A stretch of DNA of 64,000 nucleotides from Vulcanimicrobiaceae bacterium (GTDB lineage: Bacteria > Vulcanimicrobiota > Vulcanimicrobiia > Vulcanimicrobiales > Vulcanimicrobiaceae): NCBI GenBank assembly GCA_035937855.1, contig DASZHL010000030.1, positions 9,278-73,277 on the forward strand, read 5' to 3'. The translations under genes and the position numbers were made by a program. Positions 1 through 7,839 of this stretch are shown here, one piece after another; within the stretch, counting starts at the first letter, position 1, and every line of letters begins with the position of its first letter. Below the pieces are notes generated by a model. That model saw only the letters and a list, made by a program, of their open reading frames with translations. It did no database searches and was not told the origin of the DNA.

Positions 1-471
1 CAAATAGACGACGCGCGTGTTCGGACGAATCAACTCGGCGATGCCTTCACCGATCGTCGGATTGAAATAGGTGGTCTCGACGCCCATCGCGGCGAGAATC
101 GTGTCGCAGAAGTTTCGCGTGGGGTCGTATACGGAATCGGTCACGAGAACGTGATCGCCCTGCCGCACAAAGGCGTGAATCGCAATCGCGCATGCCGCAA
201 GGCCGGTGCCGACGGCCACGCCTGCATAGCCGCCTTCGAGTTCGGCCATCGCCTCTTCGAACGCGTGGGTCGTTTGCGTACCCACCGCCCCGTAGTAGAG
301 TTCGCTCGGCATGTTCTTGCGTGCGGTCGCGCGATCGAGTTCGGCGAGCGAATCGAAGAGCACGGTTGAGCCGCGCTGAGGCGGCATATTGATGACGCCG
401 CGCCCATGTATCGCCGGGCGTCCCAGATGTGCGAGCTTGGTGTCGATGAGGAAGTCAGACGAATCCGGCAC
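1..471 (-). CDS. metC: cystathionine beta-lyase-like PLP enzyme (Cys/Met metabolism family), N-terminal 157 codons; gene runs off the window start
   Basis: Own minus-strand translation from GTG at 471 (GGAAC purine-rich stretch upstream): VPDSSDFLIDTKLAHLGRPAIHGRGVINMPPQRGSTVLFDSLAELDRATARKNMPSELYYGAVGTQTTHAFEEAMAELEGGYAGVAVGTGLAACAIAIHAFVRQGDHVLVTDSVYDPTRNFC... This is colinear with MetC-type N-termini (TKL.H.GR...YGR.GT.T...LE.A...LEGG). It is absent from the ORF track because it has no stop inside the window. Confidence 0.7.
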   Translation of the reverse strand, partial: MPDSSDFLIDTKLAHLGRPAIHGRGVINMPPQRGSTVLFDSLAELDRATARKNMPSELYYGAVGTQTTHAFEEAMAELEGGYAGVAVGTGLAACAIAIHAFVRQGDHVLVTDSVYDPTRNFCDTILAAMGVETTYFNPTIGEGIAELIRPNTRVVYL

Positions 472-510
472 GGAGTTCCTTTCGCGGAGATGGAAAATCC
501 TTAGTTATTC

Positions 511-1032
511 TTACTGAAGATATGGAAAATGCAGTCGGGCAAGCGCGGCGTAGGTAACGATTCCAACGGCATTCGAGAGATTGAGACTGCGCACAGCTCC
601 GGGTCGCATGGGGATTCGCACGACACGGTCGGAATGGGCATCGAGAAGGTTTTGCGGTAATCCTGCGGTTTCTTTGCCGAAGATCAAAGCATCGCCTTGT
701 TCGTAGGTGACATCGGTATAAATGTGCGTTCCACGCGTACTGAGGAGCCAGATGCGCGCCCCCAGCAGGCTCAGTGCCGCGTCGAGAGATGAATGAATTG
801 TAACGTTGAGCGCGTTCCAGTAGTCGAGCCCCGCCCGTTTGAGGGCGCGGTCGTCGATCGAAAATCCAAGCGGCTCGACGAGGTGCAGAGCGCATCCGGT
901 TGCGGCGCAAAGCCGTGCAATGTTTCCGGTATTCGGCGGAATCTCCGGTTCGACGAGCACGAGATGGAGGGGTGCGTCGCGGTGCATCGGGCCGATGCGT
1001 TCGCGTGGTTGAGCGATGTGAGATTTATTCAT
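511..1032 (-). CDS. trmL: tRNA (cytidine/uridine-2'-O)-methyltransferase, SpoU/TrmL family
   Basis: VLVEPEIPPNTGNIARLCAATGCALHLVEPLGF and SLNLSNAVGIV are typical TrmL motifs. The real start may be the internal Met at 987 (MHRDAPLHLVLVEPE). Confidence 0.85.
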   Translation of the reverse strand: MNKSHIAQPRERIGPMHRDAPLHLVLVEPEIPPNTGNIARLCAATGCALHLVEPLGFSIDDRALKRAGLDYWNALNVTIHSSLDAALSLLGARIWLLSTRGTHIYTDVTYEQGDALIFGKETAGLPQNLLDAHSDRVVRIPMRPGAVRSLNLSNAVGIVTYAALARLHFPYLQ

Positions 1033-1912
1033 TGATTAAATCGGCGATTTCGTGCGCGCGAATGCGGGCAGCCGTGAAGTAGACGATGCCTCCGTGTCCG
1101 ATCCATGAATGTTCGAAGGCGACGCGTGGATAGATGCTGCGTACGTGATGCCGGGCGGGATCGTTAACGATCGGGTCACCGTGCGCGTCGAATCCGCGCA
1201 AGACGACGAGGTGCCCCGCTGAGCATTCGAGCGGTGCGCCGGGGAGTTCGCCGGATTGCCACGCGATCGAGAGTGCGAGCGGAATTCCCGCCGCGATCAG
1301 GCGTCCGGCCGAAGAGAGGTCGGCGAGATGCGCGACGCTCGAGAAGCGTCCTCGGTTTGCGGCGAAGGCGGTCGCGAAGGTCCAGTTTCCCGTGCCGCCG
1401 TAGGCTTCGTCGAAAATCCCCCGCGCCACGGTCGGCACGTCGAGGTCGAGGCCGTCCGCGGCGAGGAGCATCGCGAGTGTTGCCGGCGAGCACCATCCCC
1501 GTTCGTCCGGAGCCTCCGCGTGATATTGCGAGCGCGTCGGGACGTCGAGTTCGATTGTTGGGAGCAGGGGAGTTTCCACGCTTGATTTCGGTGTCAATGC
1601 TGAAGGCGGCGTCGACACCGCGACGATTTCAAGCGGTGCGTCGGCGTGAAGCTCAAGCGCGGTGATCGGCGCGCAAGCGCGAAGAACGTCGACCTCGATT
1701 CGTGCGACGGCGTCCCCCCCGCTAAGGGAGGTTCGTCGCTCGGCCCCGACTTCGACGTACGGGAGACGCCGGGAACGGCGTCCGTCGGCGAGTTCAACAA
1801 CGAGGTCGATGCGCACGCGTTCGGCCGTCGTATTCCACGAGACGATGGCCTCGCACATTGCCGGCAGAACGATGCGGGCGCCCGCTGCGGGGCGCTCGAA
1901 CAGAGTCAGCAT
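1025..1912 (-). CDS. peptidase C39-like domain protein
   Basis: 295-aa GC-rich ORF. The C-terminal half (GWCSPATLAMLLAADG...GTGNWTFATAFAA...AGHLVVLRGFDAHGDPIVNDP) looks like a papain-like C39_2 fold with Cys and His motifs. It overlaps the trmL start by 8 nt. Confidence 0.55.
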   Translation of the reverse strand: MLTLFERPAAGARIVLPAMCEAIVSWNTTAERVRIDLVVELADGRRSRRLPYVEVGAERRTSLSGGDAVARIEVDVLRACAPITALELHADAPLEIVAVSTPPSALTPKSSVETPLLPTIELDVPTRSQYHAEAPDERGWCSPATLAMLLAADGLDLDVPTVARGIFDEAYGGTGNWTFATAFAANRGRFSSVAHLADLSSAGRLIAAGIPLALSIAWQSGELPGAPLECSAGHLVVLRGFDAHGDPIVNDPARHHVRSIYPRVAFEHSWIGHGGIVYFTAARIRAHEIADLINE

Positions 1913-2095
1913 TCCCGTGCTTTTCGCCGCCGAGGACCTCTACTTCTTCAGGTCGAGAGTCCCAATCTGTGCCTAAAACGCCGCATCCCGTACGATCTGT
2001 CCGCATGCATTACTGAGAGGTTCGTGGACGGTTTATGAGAACGCGGGCCTTGTGAGAAGTGGTCATCGAGCCGGTTTGAAGCGGGAGAAAAAGAA

Positions 2096-3346
2096 GTGAA
2101 GTGGGACTCGACCTTATTTGGGCGACACCTCGAAAGTTGGTCTGGGATGGCTACGCCCGAGTTCTTTGGGTATTTGGAGTCGAAAACAGCCGCTATTGTC
2201 GATGAGGACCATTTACGGGATTTGCTCGATTCGGGCCGTCACGTTGCGGTGAAGTTCGGCATCGACCCGACAACGAAAGACGTCCATCTTGGGCATATCG
2301 TCCCGGTGATGCTGCTAAGTCAGTTTATAAAAAAGGGACATGCAATCGATTTCGTCATCGGAGACATTACGGCGAAAATCGGCGATCCCAGCGGACGTAC
2401 TTCCGGTAGGGAAGTTTTATCGGAAAGCGAGATCAACAAAAATTTAGAGACCTATGCGACCCAAATATCAAACTTTATCGACGCAAATAAGATAACATTT
2501 TATCGAAATTCAACGTGGCTGGATAAAATCCCGTTAAGAGATTTGCTTTCAGTTTTTCAGAGCGTCAATTTATCTGAAGCGTTTCAGCGTGATGACTTTC
2601 GTGCCAGAGCAGCTGCGAATCAAGGCGTTTCTCTCGCAGAAGTTTGTTATCCTTTGCTCATGGGTCTGGATTCGATTGCATTAAAAAGCGAGATCGAAGT
2701 TGGGGGGATCGATCAACTGCTAAATTTCCATCAGGCTCGAAATCTCATGAAACACAAGGGGCTGCGGCAAGAAGTGATCCTTGTGACGCCCATTATTGAA
2801 GGAACGTCCGGAGACGGCCGGAAAATGAGCAAAAGTTTTGGAAACTACATTGCGGTCAATGATAGTTCTTCCGATATTTTCGGTAAAATAATGTCTATTC
2901 GCGACGAATTGATTGCCCCGTATTTTCAAGCGTTTGGTCACGTTCATATCCGAGAAGTGGACTCCATACGGCATTTTTCGGAAGATTCCCCGATGGAGGC
3001 AAAAAAACAGCTGGCAACGCTGATCGTCGGTATGCGGTATGCTGATTTACAGCGGGGGCTTGAAGAACGGGAATCGTTTGAACAGCGATTCTCTCGTCAC
3101 CAACTCAAAGACGAGTTATTCAGTGACCTCGTCGTGATTGCGAATACCTCGGTATTCGACGCTCTGATGGGATCTGGCCACTATAAATCGCGCGGCGAAT
3201 TGCGAAGACTGTTCGATCAAGATGCCGTCAAAAATTTAGGTGAGGGAGCGAAAACTCCCCTGCGAGGCGACACGTCCGTTTCGGATAATCTGAAAATCGC
3301 GGTCGGAAAGCGGGGGCTCTACAAAGTGCGGATTAAAAACACCTAA
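2096..3346 (+). CDS. tyrS: tyrosine--tRNA ligase (island copy)
   Basis: Class-I HIGH motif (DVHLGHIVP), KMSKS motif (GRKMSKSFGNY), IGDPSGRT and a C-terminal S4-like tail. Starts at GTG with GGGAG upstream; an alternative start is Met at 2147. Codon usage is AT-richer than the flanks. Confidence 0.9.
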   Translation: MKWDSTLFGRHLESWSGMATPEFFGYLESKTAAIVDEDHLRDLLDSGRHVAVKFGIDPTTKDVHLGHIVPVMLLSQFIKKGHAIDFVIGDITAKIGDPSGRTSGREVLSESEINKNLETYATQISNFIDANKITFYRNSTWLDKIPLRDLLSVFQSVNLSEAFQRDDFRARAAANQGVSLAEVCYPLLMGLDSIALKSEIEVGGIDQLLNFHQARNLMKHKGLRQEVILVTPIIEGTSGDGRKMSKSFGNYIAVNDSSSDIFGKIMSIRDELIAPYFQAFGHVHIREVDSIRHFSEDSPMEAKKQLATLIVGMRYADLQRGLEERESFEQRFSRHQLKDELFSDLVVIANTSVFDALMGSGHYKSRGELRRLFDQDAVKNLGEGAKTPLRGDTSVSDNLKIAVGKRGLYKVRIKNT

Positions 3347-3396
3347 GGACGCGGGTATTAAGACAGCATTACGCGTCGGTGAGTTGGTGGAGGTGG

Positions 3397-3792
3397 ATGA
3401 CCATGAAGAAATATCGGAGCGAAGCTATAGAAGCACTGCACGAAGCGATACAAGGCTTGCATCCTTACGATGAAGTAATGCGTGAGGTCGAGGCGTTGAC
3501 GATTCGTGGCAAGGCACGATCCGCTGCGGAGACGGAATACTATCGGATACTTTGTGCGCTTATCGGTGACTACGAACGCTCCGTGGGTGCCGACCACTGG
3601 CCGAAAACCGCCCCCCTCGACGCGCTTCGCGAACTTATGGAATTTCAAGGCGTAACACAATCGGAAATCGCAAACGCCCTCGGCGTTAGAGCCGCCGCGT
3701 CATCTATCCTCAGTGGACGTCGGCAAATTAGTAAGGCCCAAGCAAGAAAACTCGCGATCCTCTTCCGCCTTGATGCCTGCGTTTTCATTTGA
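3397..3792 (+). CDS. XRE-type HTH protein, HigA/COG5499-like antitoxin architecture (orphan)
   Basis: C-terminal HTH region: LRELMEFQGVTQSEIANALGVRAAASSILSGRRQISKAQARKLAILF. GGAGGTGG RBS lies just before the ATGACCATG start region. No toxin ORF is adjacent. Confidence 0.6.
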   Translation: MTMKKYRSEAIEALHEAIQGLHPYDEVMREVEALTIRGKARSAAETEYYRILCALIGDYERSVGADHWPKTAPLDALRELMEFQGVTQSEIANALGVRAAASSILSGRRQISKAQARKLAILFRLDACVFI

Positions 3793-3872
3793 GATGTAAC
3801 GCGGCGTTTACTTTGAGGACCTTTTGACGTAATAGTCTTCGCTACTGGACGTCGCCTGAACGTTTACTCGCT

Positions 3873-4580
3873 TTATTGCTCAAGATGAATGACGAATGGA
3901 TTGAAATTGGTGTCTCTGTCGTAAACATCGATTCTTTCCACACGTTTGAGAGCCGCGACGACTCGATACGTGATGGGGATCATCACGACTTCGACGACGA
4001 CTTTGAGAACCCAACTGGAGAGAACGGATGAGACCAGCAGTCCGTTTGGAATAACGCCGTATAGTGCTATGGAGGCGAAGAGAATGGAATTTGCAAGCTG
4101 ACCCACCAGCGTCGACGTGACCAGGCGAGCCCAGAGATGCTTTCCCTCCGAAAAAACCTTCAGTTTCGCAATCGCATAGTCGTTCAGAAACTCTCCCGTG
4201 AACACCGCGATCCAGCCGCCGAAGAGTATCCTCGGGACCTGATACAAAACACGTTTATACGCTTCGTTCGCATCGAACCCGGGAGCGGCCGGCAGCGTCG
4301 CTGCGATAACATAAAGAACGCCTGCCAACACCGAGCAGAGGAGGACGGTCCAAAGGGCGCTTCGCGCCCGCACATAGCCGTAAACTTCGGTGAGAATGTC
4401 TGAGAAAATATACGTGAACGGAAACCACAATATCGAAACGGGAACGACAAACTCGAAGAGGTTGACCAGCTTTCCGGCCGTGACGTCCGAAATGAGCTGA
4501 AAGGCGACGTACAACGCGGTGATGAACCCGAAAAACGTACGCCGAGTTCCTTTGTCCAGTGCATCAGTGGTCTCAATCAT
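3873..4580 (-). CDS. yhhQ: queuosine-precursor (preQ0/preQ1) transporter, YhhQ/VUT (DUF165) family
   Basis: Multi-TM protein with FPFTYIFSDILTEVYGY...GEFLNDYAIAKLK...LVGQLANSILF, typical of YhhQ. I place the start at Met 4580 (MIETTDAL) rather than at the long-ORF start 4718. Confidence 0.8.
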   Translation of the reverse strand: MIETTDALDKGTRRTFFGFITALYVAFQLISDVTAGKLVNLFEFVVPVSILWFPFTYIFSDILTEVYGYVRARSALWTVLLCSVLAGVLYVIAATLPAAPGFDANEAYKRVLYQVPRILFGGWIAVFTGEFLNDYAIAKLKVFSEGKHLWARLVTSTLVGQLANSILFASIALYGVIPNGLLVSSVLSSWVLKVVVEVVMIPITYRVVAALKRVERIDVYDRDTNFNPFVIHLEQ

Positions 4581-4630
4581 GAGCTCACTGATTTTTGAAG
4601 CCCCCGTAAGGAACCTTCTCGGGGTGCGGC
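4581..4630 (-). promoter_or_regulatory. candidate preQ1-I-like riboswitch in the yhhQ 5' leader
   Basis: The mRNA reads CCCCGAGAAGGUUCCUUACGGGGGCUUCAAAAAUCAGUGAGCUC-AUG. AGAAGGUUC...CUUC plus an A-rich tail resembles AGAGGUUC...CCUCU-AUAAAAAACUA of preQ1-I. Loop CUUAC can pair with GUGAG at the presumed SD. The gene context fits. Not validated by a covariance model. Confidence 0.3.
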
Positions 4631-4779
4631 TATTCTTCGTCGACGGGAAAGGCGGTATTGACAGCCTAATCCAAACCAGACAAGCGTCCTGAAATGGGCA
4701 ACTCCCCAAGATATCCAAACCGCCAAATCATGTCCCTCGAACGCGCGTGCACCGGGATTAGCATAGAATCCGTCGTTTC

Positions 4780-5043
4780 GAGCGCCCACATCAGGGGAAG
4801 CACTGATCACAGAGCGCCGCTTACGGCAAAGGCTTCAACCAGACGGTGCGGCAGTGCCATTAGTCGGCAATGTCGAGCGGTGGGGCTCCCAGGCCCACGA
4901 ACTCACGACATCTTCAAGGAGGAGAGTAACCGCGTCCCAAAACGCGCTGCTCAGATCACCCTAACGAAGCCGGAGAAAAAAGTGTGGGCTAACGAGTTCG
5001 AGTCCGCCTCAGGCAGCTCGCCGTCCCGCCCACGGAAGGTATT
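4780..5043 (+). promoter_or_regulatory. conserved noncoding leader, copy 1 (upstream of DUF3800-like gene)
   Basis: The last ~140 nt are about 90% identical to 13271-13406, with three single-nt indels (so not coding) and one variable ~15-nt block inside a GUGGGC...GCCCAC stem immediately 5' of the GGAAGG RBS. Confidence 0.45.
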
Positions 5044-6483
5044 ATGAACAATTCTACGACGAAAGTCAATTCATTAGAGCGGGAACCAGTTAAAGCAAGC
5101 GACCAGCCATCCCGTGTCCCCGGTGTCGCCCTCTACGTCGGTGAGGCCGGCTGCCCTCACCCTTTTGATGGTAGTGAGTCAACACCGTGCTTCATTGTCG
5201 GAGTGTTGGTGACGCCCGAAGCCGAAGCGTTTCGATCGGAAATAGAAGCGTTTCGCGCCACGCAACATTATCATGGGCCTTATCGCTGGAGCGAGACTAG
5301 CGACCACGCCGCTCGTCAAGCGTATCTAAATTTAGCGGAATATTTGCAAGCGGGAACTTCATCTGCATGGGATTTTCATGCGACGCGCTTTCCATCAAGG
5401 AACGTAAATCGGGAAGATTTTGGACACGACCGGTCTTATGCGTCTAGAAAAACCCTTCAAATAGGAATCGATGAAGCGCTAAAAGCGATGAGCCCTGAGG
5501 TTGGAGGACACCTTCAGATCGTTCTCCCCCGTAAAAGGCGCGACGGCAAAACGGCATATCAGCTTTCAGCTACAATCGAATATTTAGAAAAATACTATTC
5601 TGATCGCTTTCCAATGACGCAGATTGAAATCAAGTGGCGCGAGCCTGGGAGCGATCGAAACCTTGAAATTTGCAATCTTTTCGCTTCATCTCATCATTCA
5701 TATTTTACTCCTGATGAATGCGGATTCCCAAAGTGGAAAACTGCGAAGGCATATGCTGCACTTGGAAAGTGTTCTTATCAAGAATATATAGAACACTTCT
5801 TGCATCCACAAGAAATTCTCGCCGATTCACCGCCGAAAACCCGTGAGGATTTCGTCCAGGCGGCAATTGAAACGCTGCATGCAAAATATGGGGCCACGTC
5901 GAGAGACATCCGCGAAGAGCCGGCTTCTCAGGCTATTAGTGAAAAACCAAAACTTGCGGCAAACGGCAAGCTCGTTGCAATAGAGACGAGCGAGAACGCT
6001 TTCGTCGTGGTGAATCGCTGGGACTATCCACGCGGAACATTTCACCGGGAACTGGTTTCTATCGACCCTCACGAGGCATGTCCGAACGGATACGTCCGGC
6101 AAACTCCATCGAGCAGGGATGTTCTCGTAGAAGATGCTCGCGCGATTCTCGCTGATCGGCTAGGCGTACCAGCGGAAAGAATCATCGAGAAAATACGCCC
6201 ACCGTATGGCACTCTAGAAGGCGAGGTGATCGCGCTGGGAGAAAAACATTTCGCCGTCGTCAGACCATCAGAAAACCGACGCTTTACGATCGTCAAACCG
6301 GAGGTTTTCTCTTTTGAAAAACCGGCTGTGGGCGATTATGTACGGATCAAATTTTCCGGGAAGTTTACCGAAGGAACCCTCGTGCATCGCCCTGTTCTCC
6401 GTCACGAATCACAAGGCCGAAAGGCGGAATCTGTGCGCGATAAAGACGGGCAGGGAGCAAAATCCCTCGCGCATAGAATTTAA
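5044..6483 (+). CDS. DUF3800-like N-terminal domain fused to a conserved beta-rich C-terminal region (paralog 1)
   Basis: 479-aa ORF with a GGAAGG RBS, paralogous to 13407..14918. N-terminal YVGEAG...FIVGVLV...NLEICNLF resembles the DUF3800 DES/QxxD layout but is degenerate. The C-terminal GKLVAIETSENAFVVVNRWDYPRG and GEVIALGEKHFAVV...GDYVRIKF repeats are SH3/KfrB-like (tentative). Confidence 0.6.
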   Translation: MNNSTTKVNSLEREPVKASDQPSRVPGVALYVGEAGCPHPFDGSESTPCFIVGVLVTPEAEAFRSEIEAFRATQHYHGPYRWSETSDHAARQAYLNLAEYLQAGTSSAWDFHATRFPSRNVNREDFGHDRSYASRKTLQIGIDEALKAMSPEVGGHLQIVLPRKRRDGKTAYQLSATIEYLEKYYSDRFPMTQIEIKWREPGSDRNLEICNLFASSHHSYFTPDECGFPKWKTAKAYAALGKCSYQEYIEHFLHPQEILADSPPKTREDFVQAAIETLHAKYGATSRDIREEPASQAISEKPKLAANGKLVAIETSENAFVVVNRWDYPRGTFHRELVSIDPHEACPNGYVRQTPSSRDVLVEDARAILADRLGVPAERIIEKIRPPYGTLEGEVIALGEKHFAVVRPSENRRFTIVKPEVFSFEKPAVGDYVRIKFSGKFTEGTLVHRPVLRHESQGRKAESVRDKDGQGAKSLAHRI

Positions 6484-6532
6484 GTCAAGATAAAAAAGGG
6501 TACCATCTCGCCATAAACAGAAAGCTCCTCCG

Positions 6533-7120
6533 ATGAACGCACGCATCGTTCCGGTCATTTACGGGTCGGTCAGGACCGATCGCCAGGGAATCAAGGCCGC
6601 TCGCTTTGTAGTCAAGGAGCTTGAACGTCGCGGATACCATGCGGTGCTCGTCGATCCGCTCGAACGGCCCCTACCGTTGCTCGATCGGATGTACAAGCAA
6701 TTCGCTGCGGGTAAGGCGCCCAAGGTTCTCAGGGACTTGGCCGAGTTGTTCGTGAGTGCGGATGGTTTCATCGTCGTGTCCGGTGAGTATAACCACGGTA
6801 TACCGCCCGCGCTCAAGAACCTCATGGATCACTTCCTGGAGGAATATTTTTGGCGTCCCGCAGCCATCGTGTCGTATTCGGGCGGCAACTTCGGCGGCGT
6901 ACGCGCGGCCGTACAGTTGCGCTCGGTTCTTGGCGAAATGGGGATGGTCACGATCCCGACCAGCCAACCATTCCCGCACGTTGGCAACGCGTTCACCGAT
7001 GACGGCGAGCCTACCGATCCTAAGACACGAGACCGCATGGTGCCCTTCTTCGATGAATTCGCCTGGTATGTAGACGCGCTCCGCGAACAACGCCGCAAAG
7101 GCGTCCCGGACGGTGCCTAG
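6533..7120 (+). CDS. NAD(P)H-dependent FMN reductase family oxidoreductase
   Basis: IPVIYGSVRTDRQG...DGFIVVSGEYNHGIPPALKNLMDHF...AAIVSYSGGNFGG is a typical FMN_red/flavodoxin-like fold. Confidence 0.85.
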   Translation: MNARIVPVIYGSVRTDRQGIKAARFVVKELERRGYHAVLVDPLERPLPLLDRMYKQFAAGKAPKVLRDLAELFVSADGFIVVSGEYNHGIPPALKNLMDHFLEEYFWRPAAIVSYSGGNFGGVRAAVQLRSVLGEMGMVTIPTSQPFPHVGNAFTDDGEPTDPKTRDRMVPFFDEFAWYVDALREQRRKGVPDGA

Positions 7121-7147
7121 CAGATCCCGAGGGGTGCAAATTTATTT

Positions 7148-7732
7148 ATGAGTGATGCAAAATCTGATCGACAGTGGATGAGCGGCGCGGCACACGAAAA
7201 TATCGTTACGGTCGGCAATCCAATGCTCAGGCAGTACGCCACTGTTATAGGCGATATTGGCGCCGGTAAACGTTTGGCGGACCGAATGGCATTACTATTG
7301 CGGGAATTAAAAGGCGCCGGACTTGCGGCTCCGCAGATCGGTTTTTCCGAGCGAGTGATCGTTGTTGAAGTGAGAAAGACGGACGTGTTTCCAGATCGTC
7401 AGGAGTCCCCTTTGTACGCGATGATCAATCCGTCAATCACAGAAGCTTCAGAAGAGGTGGAGGAGGGATGGGAAGGTTGCTTTAGTGTGCCGGGTTTGAT
7501 GGGGCAAGTGTCGCGTCACAAGTCGATCACCGTACGTTATGTCAGCCTGGATGGTTTCGAGCATCGTGAGATCTTCAATGGTTACGTCGCTCGAGTGATC
7601 CAGCACGAATGTGACCACTTGATCGGCGCGATATTTCTGGATCGTATGAAATCGATGCAAAGTATCACGACCGTCGCAAACTACATGTGCTCTATTTCAG
7701 AGTCATGTAAAATGGGACATAACCTACTTTAA
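7148..7732 (+). CDS. def: peptide deformylase (island copy)
   Basis: All three PDF motifs are present: GAGLAAPQIG, EGCFSVPG, QHECDHLIG. Confidence 0.9.
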   Translation: MSDAKSDRQWMSGAAHENIVTVGNPMLRQYATVIGDIGAGKRLADRMALLLRELKGAGLAAPQIGFSERVIVVEVRKTDVFPDRQESPLYAMINPSITEASEEVEEGWEGCFSVPGLMGQVSRHKSITVRYVSLDGFEHREIFNGYVARVIQHECDHLIGAIFLDRMKSMQSITTVANYMCSISESCKMGHNLL

Positions 7733-7839
7733 CCGGCCGCCGAGGTCGCAGGAAGATCAGTACATTTAGACAATAATCTATCGGAAAGGGCGCTTTTTCC
7801 ACAAAGGAAGCGAACGGCAATTACTCGAACATCACCGAC

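Noticed and set aside
1913-2095. Possible T-box leader upstream of tyrS
   Set aside because: Only ~180 nt are available, including the divergent promoter region. I see no AGAGA/GNUGNGA stem I elements, no UGGN-containing T-box (AGUGGUCAUCGAG is only a loose resemblance) and no terminator/antiterminator pair.
4990-5012. tRNA-like T-arm string GAGTTCGAGTCCGCC in leader copy 1
   Set aside because: The flanking bases cannot form a T-stem, no acceptor, D or anticodon arms are present, and copy 2 does not conserve it.
4694-5047. 117-aa ORF covering leader copy 1, with 13015..13260 over copy 2 and a 47-aa ORF at 13088..13231
   Set aside because: The two leader copies differ by several single-nt indels, so no reading frame is conserved between them. 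The translations are unrelated and low-complexity.
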